The translations under genes and the position numbers were made by a program. From Methylobrevis albus (lineage in GTDB: Bacteria > Pseudomonadota > Alphaproteobacteria > Rhizobiales > Pleomorphomonadaceae), in NCBI RefSeq assembly GCF_015904235.1, contig NZ_JADZLT010000040.1, positions 449,794 through 513,793 on the forward strand: DNA of 64,000 nucleotides, written 5' to 3'. Shown in pieces: positions 50,918 through 60,945 of this stretch. Under the pieces are notes generated by a model. The model made no database searches, had not been told where the DNA came from, and worked only from the letters and a program-made list of their open reading frames with translations. The number at the start of each line of letters is the position of its first letter. Position 1 is the first letter of the stretch.

Positions 50918-53900
50918 ATGGTCGACGGACCGGCGCCGCGTTTGACGATCGAGGCAGGTGGCGGCGGGATCCGGGCGCGCCGGACAGGGGAGGGTGGTTT
51001 GGCCGAGCTCGAATTCGTGCATCTTCGCGTCCACTCGGCCTACTCGCTGCTCGAGGGCGCGCTGCCGCTCGGCAAGATCGTCAATCTCGCGAAAGCCGAC
51101 CGGCAGCCGGCCGTCGCGGTGACGGACAGCGGCAACCTCTTCAGCGCGCTGGAGTTTTCCGAGAAGGCGGCGGGGGCGGGACTGCAGCCGATCATCGGCT
51201 GCGCGGTCGCCGTCGATTTCGCCGACGAGCCGGTCGATCCGCGCCGCATCAATGCCGAGCCGCCGCTGCACACGCTGTTGCTGATCGCCGCGAGCACGGC
51301 GGGCTTCGACAATCTCGTCACGCTGGTCAGCAAGTCGTTCATGGAGACCGATCCGGGCGCGCGGCCGCACGTCGCGCTGACGACGGTCGAGCAGCTGTCG
51401 GCGGGGATCATCGCGCTGACGGGCGGGGCGTCCGGGCCGCTCGACCGGGCGATCGCAGCCGGCAATCCGGCGCTGGCCGAGGCGCGGCTGGGGCGCCTGG
51501 CGGCGGTGTTCGGCGACCGGCTCTACATCGAGGTGCAGCGCCACGGCACCGAGGCGGAGCGGATGATCGAGCCGCATCTGCTCGACCTCGCCTATGGTCA
51601 CCGCCTGCCGCTGGTCGCCACCAACGAGTGCTTCTTCCCGGCCCGCGGCGACTTCGAGGCACACGATGCGCTGATCGCGATCGCCGACGGGCGCGTGCTC
51701 GCCGAGGACGACCGCCGGCGGCTGACGCCGGAGCACTACTTCAAGAGCCGCGCGGAGATGGTCGCGGCCTTCGAGGACCTGCCGGAGGCGATCGCCAACA
51801 CCGTCGAGATCGCGCGGCGCTGCGCCTTCCGGCCGAAGAAGCGCAAGCCGATCCTGCCGCGCTTTGCCGGCGGCGACGTCGACGACGTGGTCGAGGCCGA
51901 GCGCGTCGAGGCGGCGGAACTCGCGCGCCAGGCCGAGGCGGGGCTCGACGCCCGCCTCGCGGCGCACGGCCCGGCGCCCGGCTGCACGGTGGCGGACTAT
52001 CGCGAGCGGCTCGCCTTCGAGCTCGACGTCATCAGCGGCATGAAGTTTCCCGGCTACTTCCTGATCGTCGCGGACTTCATCAAGTGGTCGAAGGCGCAGG
52101 GCATTCCGGTCGGGCCGGGGCGCGGCTCGGGCGCGGGCTCGCTCGTCGCCTACTCGCTCACCATCACCGACCTCGACCCGATGCGTTTCGCGCTGCTGTT
52201 CGAGCGGTTCCTCAACCCCGAGCGCGTGTCGATGCCCGACTTCGACATCGACTTCTGCCAGGACCGGCGCGACGAGGTGATCCGCTACGTCCAGGGCAAG
52301 TACGGCCGCGAGCAGGTGGCGCAGATCATCACCTTCGGCACGCTGCAGGCGCGCGCCGTGCTGCGCGACGTCGGCCGCGTGCTGCAGATGCCCTATGGCC
52401 AGGTCGACCGTCTGTGCAAGCTGGTGCCGCAGAACCCGGCCAATCCGGTGACGCTCGCCCAGGCGATCGAGGGCGAACCGCGGCTGCAGCAGGCGCGCGA
52501 CGAGGAGGAGGTCGTCGGGCGGCTGCTCGACATGGCGCTGAAGCTCGAGGGGCTCTACCGCCATGCCTCGACGCATGCGGCGGGCATCGTGATCGGCGAC
52601 CGGCCGCTCGACCAGCTGGTGCCGCTCTACCGCGATCCGCGCTCGGACATGCCGGTCACCCAGTACAACATGAAGTGGGTGGAGAGCGCCGGGCTGGTGA
52701 AGTTCGACTTCCTCGGCCTGAAGACGCTGACCGTGCTGCAGAAGGCGCTGGAACTGATCGCGCGGCGCGGCATCACGATCGACCTCTCGGCGCTGCCGTT
52801 CGACGATCCGCCCACCTACAAGCTGCTGCAGCGCGGCGAGACCGTCGGCGTGTTCCAGCTCGAAAGCATGGGCATGCGGAAGGCGATCGCCGACATCAAG
52901 CCCGACCGCTTCGAGGACATCATCGCGCTGGTGGCGCTGTACCGGCCGGGTCCGATGGCGAACATCCCGGTCTATGGCGCGCGCAAGCACGGGCACGAGG
53001 TGCCCGACTACATCCACCCGTTGCTGGAGCCGGTGCTGAAGGAGACCTACGGCATCATCGTCTACCAGGAACAGGTGATGCAGATCGCGCAGATCCTGTC
53101 GGGCTACTCGCTCGGCGAGGCCGACATGCTGCGCCGCGCCATGGGCAAGAAGATCAAGTCGGAGATGGACGCGCAGCGGGCGCGTTTCGTCGAGGGCGCG
53201 GGGTCGTCGGGGATCGACGGGCCGCAGGCGGACGCGATCTTCGACCTGCTCGCGAAGTTCGCCGACTACGGCTTCAACAAGTCGCACGCCGCAGCCTATG
53301 CGCTCGTCGCCTACCAGACGGCCTATCTGAAGGCGAACCACCCGGTCGAGTTTCTCGCCGCGTCGATGACGCTCGACATGGCGAACACCGACAAGCTGAA
53401 CGACTTCCGCCGCGAAGCGATGCGGCTCGATATCGAGGTGATGCCGCCGTCGGTGAACCGGTCGGCGGCCGAGTTCGAGGTCGACGAGGGCAAGATCCTC
53501 TATGCGCTGGCGGCCGTGAAGGGTGTCGGGCGCGCGGCGGTGGAGCATCTCGTCGAGGTGCGCGGCGGGAAGCCGTTCCGCGACCTCGGCGATTTCGCGG
53601 CGCGGATCAACCCGAAGGCACTCAACAAGCGGATGATGGAGAGCCTCGTCGCGGCGGGCGCCTTCGACGCGATGGAGGCAAACCGCGCCCGGATGTTCCA
53701 GGGCATCGAGGCGGTGCTTGGGGCGGCGGCACACCGGACGGAGCGGGAGGCGAGCGGGCAGAACGAGCTGTTCGGCGGCGCGGCCGAGGTCGAGCCGATC
53801 CGGCTGCCGCAGGCGTCGTGGCTGCCGGAAGAGCGGCTGCAGCGCGAGCACCAGGCGATCGGCTTCTACCTCTCCGCCCATCCGCTCGACGCCTATGCGC

Positions 53901-54445
53901 CGTTGCTCGACCGGCTCAGGGTGCAGACCTGGGCGAAGTTCTCCGAGGGCGTCCGGCGCGGCGCCTCGGCCGGGCGGCTGGCGGGCACGGTGGTGTCGCG
54001 GCAGGAACGGCGCACCAAGACAGGCAACAAGATGGGCATCATCGTGCTCTCCGACCCGACCGGCCAGTACGAGGCGGTGATCTTCTCCGAAGGGCTCGGC
54101 CAGTTTCGCGACCTGCTCGAGCCCGGACGGTCGCTGATTCTCGAGGTCGGCGCCGACAACCGGCCGGAGGGGATCAGCGTGCGCATCAACAAGGTCGATC
54201 CGCTCGACGAGGCGGCCGGCAAGCTGCGCAACGGGCTTCGGGTGTTCCTGCGCAGCCGCGACCCGATCGAGAGCCTGCGCCGCCATCTCGACCCGACCGG
54301 AGAGGGCGACGTCTCGCTGATCGTGATGATGGAGGAGACCAAGCGCGAGGTGGAGGTGAAGCTCCCCGGGCGCTACCGGGTCTCGCCGCAGCTCGTCGGC
54401 GCGCTGAAGGCGATTCCCGGCGTGGTCGACGCCGAGCTCGCCTGA
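50918..54445 (+). CDS. dnaE: DNA polymerase III subunit alpha
   Basis: PHP domain (FVHLRVHSAYSLLEGA), polymerase core (GRGSGAGSLVAYSL, PDFDIDF), HhH and OB-fold domains. The start is uncertain: candidates are the ATG at 50918 or a TTG at 50999 preceded by GGGGAGGG. Confidence 0.93.
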   Translation: MVDGPAPRLTIEAGGGGIRARRTGEGGLAELEFVHLRVHSAYSLLEGALPLGKIVNLAKADRQPAVAVTDSGNLFSALEFSEKAAGAGLQPIIGCAVAVDFADEPVDPRRINAEPPLHTLLLIAASTAGFDNLVTLVSKSFMETDPGARPHVALTTVEQLSAGIIALTGGASGPLDRAIAAGNPALAEARLGRLAAVFGDRLYIEVQRHGTEAERMIEPHLLDLAYGHRLPLVATNECFFPARGDFEAHDALIAIADGRVLAEDDRRRLTPEHYFKSRAEMVAAFEDLPEAIANTVEIARRCAFRPKKRKPILPRFAGGDVDDVVEAERVEAAELARQAEAGLDARLAAHGPAPGCTVADYRERLAFELDVISGMKFPGYFLIVADFIKWSKAQGIPVGPGRGSGAGSLVAYSLTITDLDPMRFALLFERFLNPERVSMPDFDIDFCQDRRDEVIRYVQGKYGREQVAQIITFGTLQARAVLRDVGRVLQMPYGQVDRLCKLVPQNPANPVTLAQAIEGEPRLQQARDEEEVVGRLLDMALKLEGLYRHASTHAAGIVIGDRPLDQLVPLYRDPRSDMPVTQYNMKWVESAGLVKFDFLGLKTLTVLQKALELIARRGITIDLSALPFDDPPTYKLLQRGETVGVFQLESMGMRKAIADIKPDRFEDIIALVALYRPGPMANIPVYGARKHGHEVPDYIHPLLEPVLKETYGIIVYQEQVMQIAQILSGYSLGEADMLRRAMGKKIKSEMDAQRARFVEGAGSSGIDGPQADAIFDLLAKFADYGFNKSHAAAYALVAYQTAYLKANHPVEFLAASMTLDMANTDKLNDFRREAMRLDIEVMPPSVNRSAAEFEVDEGKILYALAAVKGVGRAAVEHLVEVRGGKPFRDLGDFAARINPKALNKRMMESLVAAGAFDAMEANRARMFQGIEAVLGAAAHRTEREASGQNELFGGAAEVEPIRLPQASWLPEERLQREHQAIGFYLSAHPLDAYAPLLDRLRVQTWAKFSEGVRRGASAGRLAGTVVSRQERRTKTGNKMGIIVLSDPTGQYEAVIFSEGLGQFRDLLEPGRSLILEVGADNRPEGISVRINKVDPLDEAAGKLRNGLRVFLRSRDPIESLRRHLDPTGEGDVSLIVMMEETKREVEVKLPGRYRVSPQLVGALKAIPGVVDAELA

Positions 54446-54690
54446 CGGGGCCGCCGGCGGCAGGCCGGGGCGGCCGCTCGACCGAATAGGCGCGGTTCCG
54501 GCCCGGATCGGCCGGGAAATCCCGTGTTTCCGCAGGCTGGGCGGGGTTGCCAAGGCCGGGGGCTATCGACTATATCACCGCCATCTCACACGCGGGGCCG
54601 CGGGTGCGCATCGTCGCATCCATCCGGTGCCGGGACCAGTCGGTCCCATCCCCCCGCGGAGGTTAAACCGGAAAAAAGGACTGTTCTTCA

Positions 54691-55494
54691 ATGGCTCTTC
54701 CTGAATTCACGATGCGCCAGCTGCTCGAGGCGGGTGTCCACTTCGGCCACCAGACCCACCGCTGGAACCCGAAGATGGCGTCTTACATCTTCGGCGCGCG
54801 CAACAATATCCACATTCTCGACCTCGCGCAGACGGTGCCGGCGATGTACCGCGCGCTGAAGGCCGTGAGCGACACCGTCGCCCAGGGCGGCCGCGTGCTC
54901 GTCGTCGGCACCAAGCGCCAGGCGCAGGAGCCGGTCGCGGACGCTGCCCGCAAGTCGGCGCAGTATTTCGTCAACGCCCGCTGGCTCGGCGGCATGCTGA
55001 CCAACTGGAAGACCATCTCGATCTCGATCCAGCGCCTGCGCAAGCTCGATACGATGCTCGCCGGCGAGCAGGCCAACCGCCTCACCAAGAAGGAGCGGCT
55101 GAACCTGCAGCGCGAGCGCGACAAGCTCGAGCGCGCGCTCGGCGGCATCAAGGACATGGGCGGCGTGCCGGACCTGCTGTTCGTGATCGACACCAACAAG
55201 GAAGCGATCGCGATCCAGGAAGCGCGCCGGCTCAACATCCCGGTCGCCGCGATTGTCGATTCGAACTGTGATCCGGACGGCATCAGCTACCCGGTTCCGG
55301 GCAACGACGACGCCGGCCGCGCGATCGCGCTCTACTGCGAGCTGATCGCCCGCGCCGCCATCGACGGCATCTCGCGTGGCCAGGGCGCGCTCGGCGTCGA
55401 CCTCGGCGAAGCCGACGAGATGATCGAGCCGGCTCTCGACGAGGTTCCGGCCGAGGCCGCCCAGGCCGAGGACGCCGCCGCCGCGACGGCGTGA
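54691..55494 (+). CDS. rpsB: 30S ribosomal protein S2
   Basis: [29 protein letters not shown], with a GGAGG Shine-Dalgarno sequence. Confidence 0.97.
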   Translation: MALPEFTMRQLLEAGVHFGHQTHRWNPKMASYIFGARNNIHILDLAQTVPAMYRALKAVSDTVAQGGRVLVVGTKRQAQEPVADAARKSAQYFVNARWLGGMLTNWKTISISIQRLRKLDTMLAGEQANRLTKKERLNLQRERDKLERALGGIKDMGGVPDLLFVIDTNKEAIAIQEARRLNIPVAAIVDSNCDPDGISYPVPGNDDAGRAIALYCELIARAAIDGISRGQGALGVDLGEADEMIEPALDEVPAEAAQAEDAAAATA

Positions 55495-55666
55495 CGGGTC
55501 GCCGCCGGCACCCCGCCAGCTGGCGGGGGTGCCGGAGCGGCACCGCAGGATCTGAATTTTTCAACGGCCATCGGGCCGTGCCGCCGTGGCCGTCATTCGA
55601 GCGTCGCAGACTTGGCGGCGTGATGGCGACCGCCCGCGAACGGACCGACAAAGGATTGGGACGAGA

Positions 55667-56593
55667 ATGAGTATCTCGGCTGCACAGGTTAAGGAACTGC
55701 GCGAGAAGACCGGCGCGGGCATGATGGACTGCAAGTCGGCTCTGATCGAGACGAACGGCGACATCGAGGCGGCGATCGACTGGCTGCGCACCAAGGGTCT
55801 CGCCAAGGCCGCCAAGAAGGCCGGCCGCGTCGCGGCCGAGGGGCTCGTCGGCGTCGCGACCGACGGCACCAAGGCGTCGGTGGTCGAGGTCAACTCCGAG
55901 ACCGACTTCGTCGCGCGCAACGATGCGTTCCAGACGCTGGTGCGCAACGTCGCCGCCGTGGCGGTCGCCACCGACGGCGAGACCGATGCGGTCGCCGCGG
56001 CGACCTACCCGGGCAAGTCGCACTCGGTCGATGCCGAGATCAAGGAACTGATCGCGACCATCGGCGAGAACATGACGCTGCGCCGGACGAAGACGCTGTC
56101 GGTTTCGGCCGGTGTCGTCGCGCCCTACGTGCATGCGGCGATCACCGACGGCCTCGGCAAGATCGGCGTGCTGGTTGCGCTGGAATCGACCGGCAAGACC
56201 GACGAGCTGCTGAAGCTCGGCCGCCAGATCGCGATGCACGTCGCGGCGACCAGCCCGCTCGCCCTGACCCCGGACGAGATCGACCCGGCGGTGATCGAGC
56301 GCGAGCGCGCGATCTTCGCCGAGCAGGCGCGCGAGAGCGGCAAGCCGGAGAGCATCATCGAGAAGATGGTCGAGGGCCGTATCCGCAAGTTCTTTGAGGA
56401 GGTGTCGCTGCTGAAGCAGCCCTTCGTGATCGACCCGGACAAGACCGTCGAGCAGGCCGTCAAGGCGGCCGAGTCGACCGTCGGCGCGCCGATCACCGTC
56501 ACGGCCTTCGTCCGCTTCAACCTCGGTGAAGGCATCGAGAAGGAAGAGACGGATTTCGCGGCGGAAGTCGCGGCCGTCAGCGGCAAGGCCTGA
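55667..56593 (+). CDS. tsf: elongation factor Ts
   Basis: [26 protein letters not shown] (UBA-like N-terminus). It is followed by a terminator at 56628..56663. Confidence 0.96.
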   Translation: MSISAAQVKELREKTGAGMMDCKSALIETNGDIEAAIDWLRTKGLAKAAKKAGRVAAEGLVGVATDGTKASVVEVNSETDFVARNDAFQTLVRNVAAVAVATDGETDAVAAATYPGKSHSVDAEIKELIATIGENMTLRRTKTLSVSAGVVAPYVHAAITDGLGKIGVLVALESTGKTDELLKLGRQIAMHVAATSPLALTPDEIDPAVIERERAIFAEQARESGKPESIIEKMVEGRIRKFFEEVSLLKQPFVIDPDKTVEQAVKAAESTVGAPITVTAFVRFNLGEGIEKEETDFAAEVAAVSGKA

Positions 56594-56627
56594 TCGACCA
56601 CGACGCCTTGCGGCGAGAATTTCGGGA

Positions 56628-56663
56628 CGGGCGCCGGCGCTGAGCCGGCGCCCGTTTCGTTTG
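56628..56663 (+). terminator. rho-independent terminator after tsf
   Basis: GGGCGCCGGCGCTGAGCCGGCGCCCGTTTCGTTTG. Confidence 0.8.
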
Positions 56664-56745
56664 CGGCGTTGTACGGCCGGGGGCGAGCGACTATACCGCC
56701 GGGTCAGTCGCCGCCCGCACCCGCGGCCAGAAACAGGAGCTCCGA

Positions 56746-56988
56746 GTGTCCGACGCATTGCCCGATCGCCTGTCGATCGACCCCGCCAGCCCCTTTCACG
56801 ACGCCGCCCTGCTGGAGCGCGGCATCGGCATCCTGTTCAACGGCGTCGAGAAGACCAACGTCGAGGAATACTGCGTCAGCGAAGGCTGGATCCGCGTTGC
56901 GGCCGGCACCGCGCGGGATCGCCGCGGCAACCAGATGACCCTGAAGCTCAAGGGCCGGATCGAGCCGTTCCTGCGCGACGAGGCCTGA
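56746..56988 (+). CDS. DUF3297 family protein
   Basis: 80 aa with a GTG start preceded by AGGAG. It shows the conserved PDRLSIDPxSPF, NGVEKTNVEEY and GWIRV motifs. Confidence 0.7.
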   Translation: MSDALPDRLSIDPASPFHDAALLERGIGILFNGVEKTNVEEYCVSEGWIRVAAGTARDRRGNQMTLKLKGRIEPFLRDEA

Positions 56989-57013
56989 CGGCCGCGCGGC
57001 CGCGGCCGCGCCG

Positions 57014-58474
57014 TCACTGCACGCGCGGGTCCGTCCGCTCGTCGAGCGCGACGGGGACCGCGGTGGGGCTTTCGTCCGCGGCGCACGCCTCAGATGCCTG
57101 CACCAGGCCTGCGCCGAAGACATCGTCGCGTCCCGGGGCTCCGAGATCGCGGGCTTCCGCGGTGAGCTCGGCGAGCACGTCTGCCGGCGCGAGGTCCGGC
57201 TCCGCCGCAAGGAGACGGGCCGCCGCCGCGGTGACGAACGGCGCGGCGAACGAGGTGCCCGAGCGCGGCCGGACGCCGCTGATCGAGGCGGCGGTCGGGA
57301 TGTCGACGCCGGGCGCCGCGATGTCGACCTGCGGCCCCTGCAGCGCGCGGCGATAGATCCGCCCGCGGCGATCGACCGCCGTCACCCCGATCACCCCTTC
57401 ATAGGCCGCGGGATAGAGCGGCTTGGCGCGCGGCCCGGCGTTGCCGACCGCGGCGACCAGCGTGACGCGCCTGTCGACGCTGCGGCGCACGACGTCGGCG
57501 AGCAGGCTGTTGGGCGGGCCGGCGAGGCTGAGGTTGACGACCTGTGCGCCGCCCCGGATGACGTGCTCGATGGCGCGGACGACGCTGTAGGCATCGGCCC
57601 GCTCGTCGCCGCCCCGGCCGGTCTCGAACGGGTCGGCGGCGACGATGCGGGCGTCGGGCAGCAGGCCGGGGACGCGGCTATCCGCGGCGCCGAGCAGGAT
57701 CGCCACCACGGCCGTGCCGTGCTTGCGCTCCGACGCGCTCGCCGCGTCGCCGCGCAGGGTGGCGAGGTCGACCCGGCCGCTGGCCAGCACGTCGTGCTCG
57801 GTGTTGATGCCGGTGTCGACGACGCCGATCGTCACCTCGACGCGGCAGGCGCCGGTGCGCGGCGGCACCTGCCAGGCGATGCTCTCCCAGACGCCGCAGA
57901 TCTGCGCGCTGCAGGCGTCGCCGGCCTCCGGCCGGTAATAGTGGTTGAAATCGACTTCGGCGTCCGGGGCGAGGGCGACGATGCGCTGCCGCGCGGCCTC
58001 GAGGTCGACGCCGGCGGGTAGGCGGAGCCGGGCGATGGTGCCGCGCTCGGGGAGGTCGTCCTCGGCGACGACGACGTAGCCGTCGGCGCTGAGGGCCGAG
58101 AGCCCCGCGGGCGCAAGGCCGATGGCGACGATCTCGCCCGGCACGCGGTCGGGGCGCGGGACGGCCGCCGCGCGCTGGGTCCGGCGCGGCCGCTGCGGCT
58201 CGTCGCGCCGCAGCCAGCGCAGCAGGCCGATCGGGCGATCATCCGGCCGGGCCGACGAGCCGCTCCCGGTCCGGCCACCGCCCCGGCTCGACCGGCTGCC
58301 ACCGTCATCATCGTCGTCATCATCATCATCGTCGTCATCGTCGGCGAGCGCTTCGGCGGCGATGAGGCGGAGGCGCGGGTCTTCGCCCTCGATGGTGAGA
58401 GAGACCGGCGCGGCGACGAGGCTGGCGGCGAGCGTGGCCCGGAGCAGGGCGGCGGGAAGGCGGGGCGAAGCCAT
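57014..58474 (-). CDS. S8-family (subtilisin-like) serine peptidase, secreted, with poly-Asp tract
   Basis: Signal peptide and the catalytic triad motifs (VGVVDTGI, HGTAVV, GTSFAAP). It contains a 13-residue uninterrupted Asp run encoded by (GAY)13 at 58305..58343. Confidence 0.85.
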   Translation of the reverse strand: MASPRLPAALLRATLAASLVAAPVSLTIEGEDPRLRLIAAEALADDDDDDDDDDDDDGGSRSSRGGGRTGSGSSARPDDRPIGLLRWLRRDEPQRPRRTQRAAAVPRPDRVPGEIVAIGLAPAGLSALSADGYVVVAEDDLPERGTIARLRLPAGVDLEAARQRIVALAPDAEVDFNHYYRPEAGDACSAQICGVWESIAWQVPPRTGACRVEVTIGVVDTGINTEHDVLASGRVDLATLRGDAASASERKHGTAVVAILLGAADSRVPGLLPDARIVAADPFETGRGGDERADAYSVVRAIEHVIRGGAQVVNLSLAGPPNSLLADVVRRSVDRRVTLVAAVGNAGPRAKPLYPAAYEGVIGVTAVDRRGRIYRRALQGPQVDIAAPGVDIPTAASISGVRPRSGTSFAAPFVTAAAARLLAAEPDLAPADVLAELTAEARDLGAPGRDDVFGAGLVQASEACAADESPTAVPVALDERTDPRVQ

Positions 58475-58597
58475 GGCGCGGCTACCTCATTGCGGTTGAT
58501 CGGCGCGGCATGGTCGGCGCGTGCACGGCGCTGACCGGTCGGATATAGGATCGACGCGCGGGGCGGCCAGCTATTCCTTTCCGCTCTATTTCTTTTG

Positions 58598-58646
58598 CGG
58601 CAATCCCGCGCCGCGCGTTTCGTGCGCGGCGCGGGATTGCCGCAGG
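58598..58646. promoter_or_regulatory. 20-bp perfect inverted repeat in divergent promoter region
   Basis: GCGGCAATCCCGCGCCGCGCG-tttcgtg-CGCGGCGCGGGATTGCCGC, lying between the S8 peptidase and ECF sigma genes. Confidence 0.6.
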
Positions 58647-58702
58647 ATTATTGCAGAGGTCGTGGAATAGATGCCGCGGCCGGACGTCATGGAGAGAACG
58701 GC

Positions 58703-59206
58703 ATGGCATCCGACATCGGCCCGCGGCTCGTCGACCTGCTGCCGCGGCTGCGGCGCTTTGCGATCGCGCTGTGCAGGTCGCGCGAAACGGCGGACGACCT
58801 GGTGCAGGACGCCTGCGCCCGGGCGCTGGCGGCCGAGGAGCCGATGACGGCGGACATGAACGTCGAGGCCTGGATGTTCAGGATCCTCCGCAACCTTTGG
58901 TACGATCGCCTGCGCCGCTCGAAGGTGCGCGGCGAGGAAATCGAGATCGGCGACCGCGACGACCTGCCCGGGCTCGCCGCCGAGCCGGAGGCGGAACGGC
59001 GGTTGGTGCTGCAGCGGGTGGCGCTGGCGATCGACGCGCTGCCCGACGAGCAGCGCGAGATCGTGCTGCTCGTCTGTGTCGAGGAGACGAGCTACCGCGA
59101 CGCGGCCGAGGTTCTCGGCCTGCCGCTCGGCACCGTGATGAGCCGGCTCGCCCGGGCCCGCCGCAAGCTGGCGGAGGCGACGGGGCTCGATCCGGCGGAC
59201 CTGTGA
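58703..59206 (+). CDS. ECF (sigma-70 family group 4) sigma factor
   Basis: 167 aa with region 2 (DLVQDACARAL, FRILRN) and region 4 (SYRDAAEVLGLPLGTVMSRLARAR). A GGAGAGAA Shine-Dalgarno sequence is present. Confidence 0.88.
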   Translation: MASDIGPRLVDLLPRLRRFAIALCRSRETADDLVQDACARALAAEEPMTADMNVEAWMFRILRNLWYDRLRRSKVRGEEIEIGDRDDLPGLAAEPEAERRLVLQRVALAIDALPDEQREIVLLVCVEETSYRDAAEVLGLPLGTVMSRLARARRKLAEATGLDPADL

Positions 59207-59255
59207 CGACGGCGAACCTATTGCGACGAACGGCCCGGACGCACCGGGCGCGAGG

Positions 59256-60041
59256 ATGACGACGATGCGCTACGACGACGAGACGCTGACCGCCTTTGCC
59301 GATGGCCGCCTCGATCCGGCGACCGCGGCGGAGATCGAACGCGCGCTCGAGACCGACGCGGCGCTGGCCGAGCACGTCGCAGCCCTGATGGAGAGCGGCG
59401 ACGCGGTGAAGGCGCTCTATGCGCCGCTGGCCGACGAGCCGGTGCCGCCGGCCCTCGCGGCGCGCGTCGCCGACATGATCGCGGCCGCCGAGGCGCGGGA
59501 GGCGGCCGGCGCCGGGGTCGTGGCGGTCCGGCCGCGCCGCCGTGCGCCCGCCGGGGGCTTCTGGCCGATGGCTGCGGCCGCGGCGGTTGCGGCGATCATC
59601 GCCGGGCCGGCGGGCTATCTGTTGTCGGGCCCCGGCGCGGCACCGGGGCCGGGATCGTCCATGGCGGCCCTCGCGATCGGCGCGCCGCTGCCGACGGAGC
59701 TCGCCGGGCTGCTCGGGAGCGTGCCCGCGGGCGAGGAGCGCCAGGTCGGAGATGGCCGCCTGCGCCTGATCGCCTCCTTCCGCGATGCCGGCGGCGCGCT
59801 CTGCCGCGAGTTCGAGCTCGACGAGCGCAGCGCCGTCGTCGCCGTCGCCTGCCGCGCCGCGGCCGAGGACTGGCAGATCACGTTCGCGGTCAACACGCCG
59901 ATCGCCGAGGAGGGCTTTGCACCGGCCTCCTCGCTGGCGTCGCTCGACGCCTATCTCGAGGCGATCTCGGCCGAGCCGCCGATGGCGCCGGACGAGGAGC
60001 GCGCGGCACTCGCCGCCGGACCGGCGGTCCCTGCGCCTTGA
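59256..60041 (+). CDS. anti-sigma factor (single-pass membrane)
   Basis: N-terminal anti-sigma domain (LTAFADGRLDP), central transmembrane helix (WPMAAAAAVAAIIAGPAGYLL) and a periplasmic C-terminal domain. The start may be the ATG at 59265. Confidence 0.75.
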   Translation: MTTMRYDDETLTAFADGRLDPATAAEIERALETDAALAEHVAALMESGDAVKALYAPLADEPVPPALAARVADMIAAAEAREAAGAGVVAVRPRRRAPAGGFWPMAAAAAVAAIIAGPAGYLLSGPGAAPGPGSSMAALAIGAPLPTELAGLLGSVPAGEERQVGDGRLRLIASFRDAGGALCREFELDERSAVVAVACRAAAEDWQITFAVNTPIAEEGFAPASSLASLDAYLEAISAEPPMAPDEERAALAAGPAVPAP

Positions 60042-60127
60042 TGTCGATCATTCGGCCCGGCGGACAGATCGGCTAAGCCGGGCGCACCACGCCGCCTTGC
60101 GGGCGCGGCGCTGCCTCGGGATCGGTC

Positions 60128-60706
60128 ATGGACAATCCGCTGCTTTTCCTCCTCGCGGTGATCACGCTGCTGGCGACACCCGGCCCGACCAATACGCTGC
60201 TCGCGGCGGCCGGGGCCGCCGGCGGCGTACGGCGATCGTTGCGGCTGCTGCCGGCGGAGGCGGCCGGCTATCTGATCGCCATCCTCATCGTCGGGCTGGT
60301 GCTCGGGCCGCTGCTGGCCCGGCTGCCGTGGGTCGCGGATGCGCTGCGGATTGTCGTCGGCCTCTACCTCTTGCACCTCGCGCTCCGCCTCTGGCGCAGC
60401 TTCGGCGCCGGGGGCGAGGCGAGAGCGGTCGTCGGGCCGGCCGAGGTGTTCCTCGCGACGCTCGCAAACCCGAAGTCGATCGTTTTCGGCCTCGGCATCG
60501 TGCCGTTCGGTTCGCCGAGCGTCGCGGCCTACCTCGCCGCCTTCACCCTCGTCGTGCACCTCGTTGGCCTCGGCTGGCTGGTGATCGGGGCCGGGGCTGG
60601 CCGGGCGGCGCGGGCGGCCGGCCGGGCGGCGCTGGTGCCGCGCTGCGGCGCCGTGTTGATCGCCGTGCTCGGCGGCGGCATCGTGGCTGCGCCGCTGCTC
60701 GGATAG
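60128..60706 (+). CDS. LysE/RhtB-family exporter
   Basis: 192 aa with six transmembrane helices and the ATPGPTN motif. Confidence 0.75.
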   Translation: MDNPLLFLLAVITLLATPGPTNTLLAAAGAAGGVRRSLRLLPAEAAGYLIAILIVGLVLGPLLARLPWVADALRIVVGLYLLHLALRLWRSFGAGGEARAVVGPAEVFLATLANPKSIVFGLGIVPFGSPSVAAYLAAFTLVVHLVGLGWLVIGAGAGRAARAAGRAALVPRCGAVLIAVLGGGIVAAPLLG

Positions 60707-60945
60707 GCCGTCCTTCGCCGCGAGCGGCCGGCCGCAAAAAAAAAGCCGAAAAAAGTTAGGCCTCCGGGAATAGGGCGGATCCTGCCGCGTCTTTCCTCAT
60801 GACCCTGCCGATGGCGGCCAGATGGCCGCTCCGCCAGGGGGGCAACAAGCAATGTCCGCGATCGACCTGGTCGCCGGTGCCGCATGACGCGGTTCCGGAA
60901 CGAGATCTGACGGCTCGATGCGGCTCTTTTCGCGGAGACACGACA

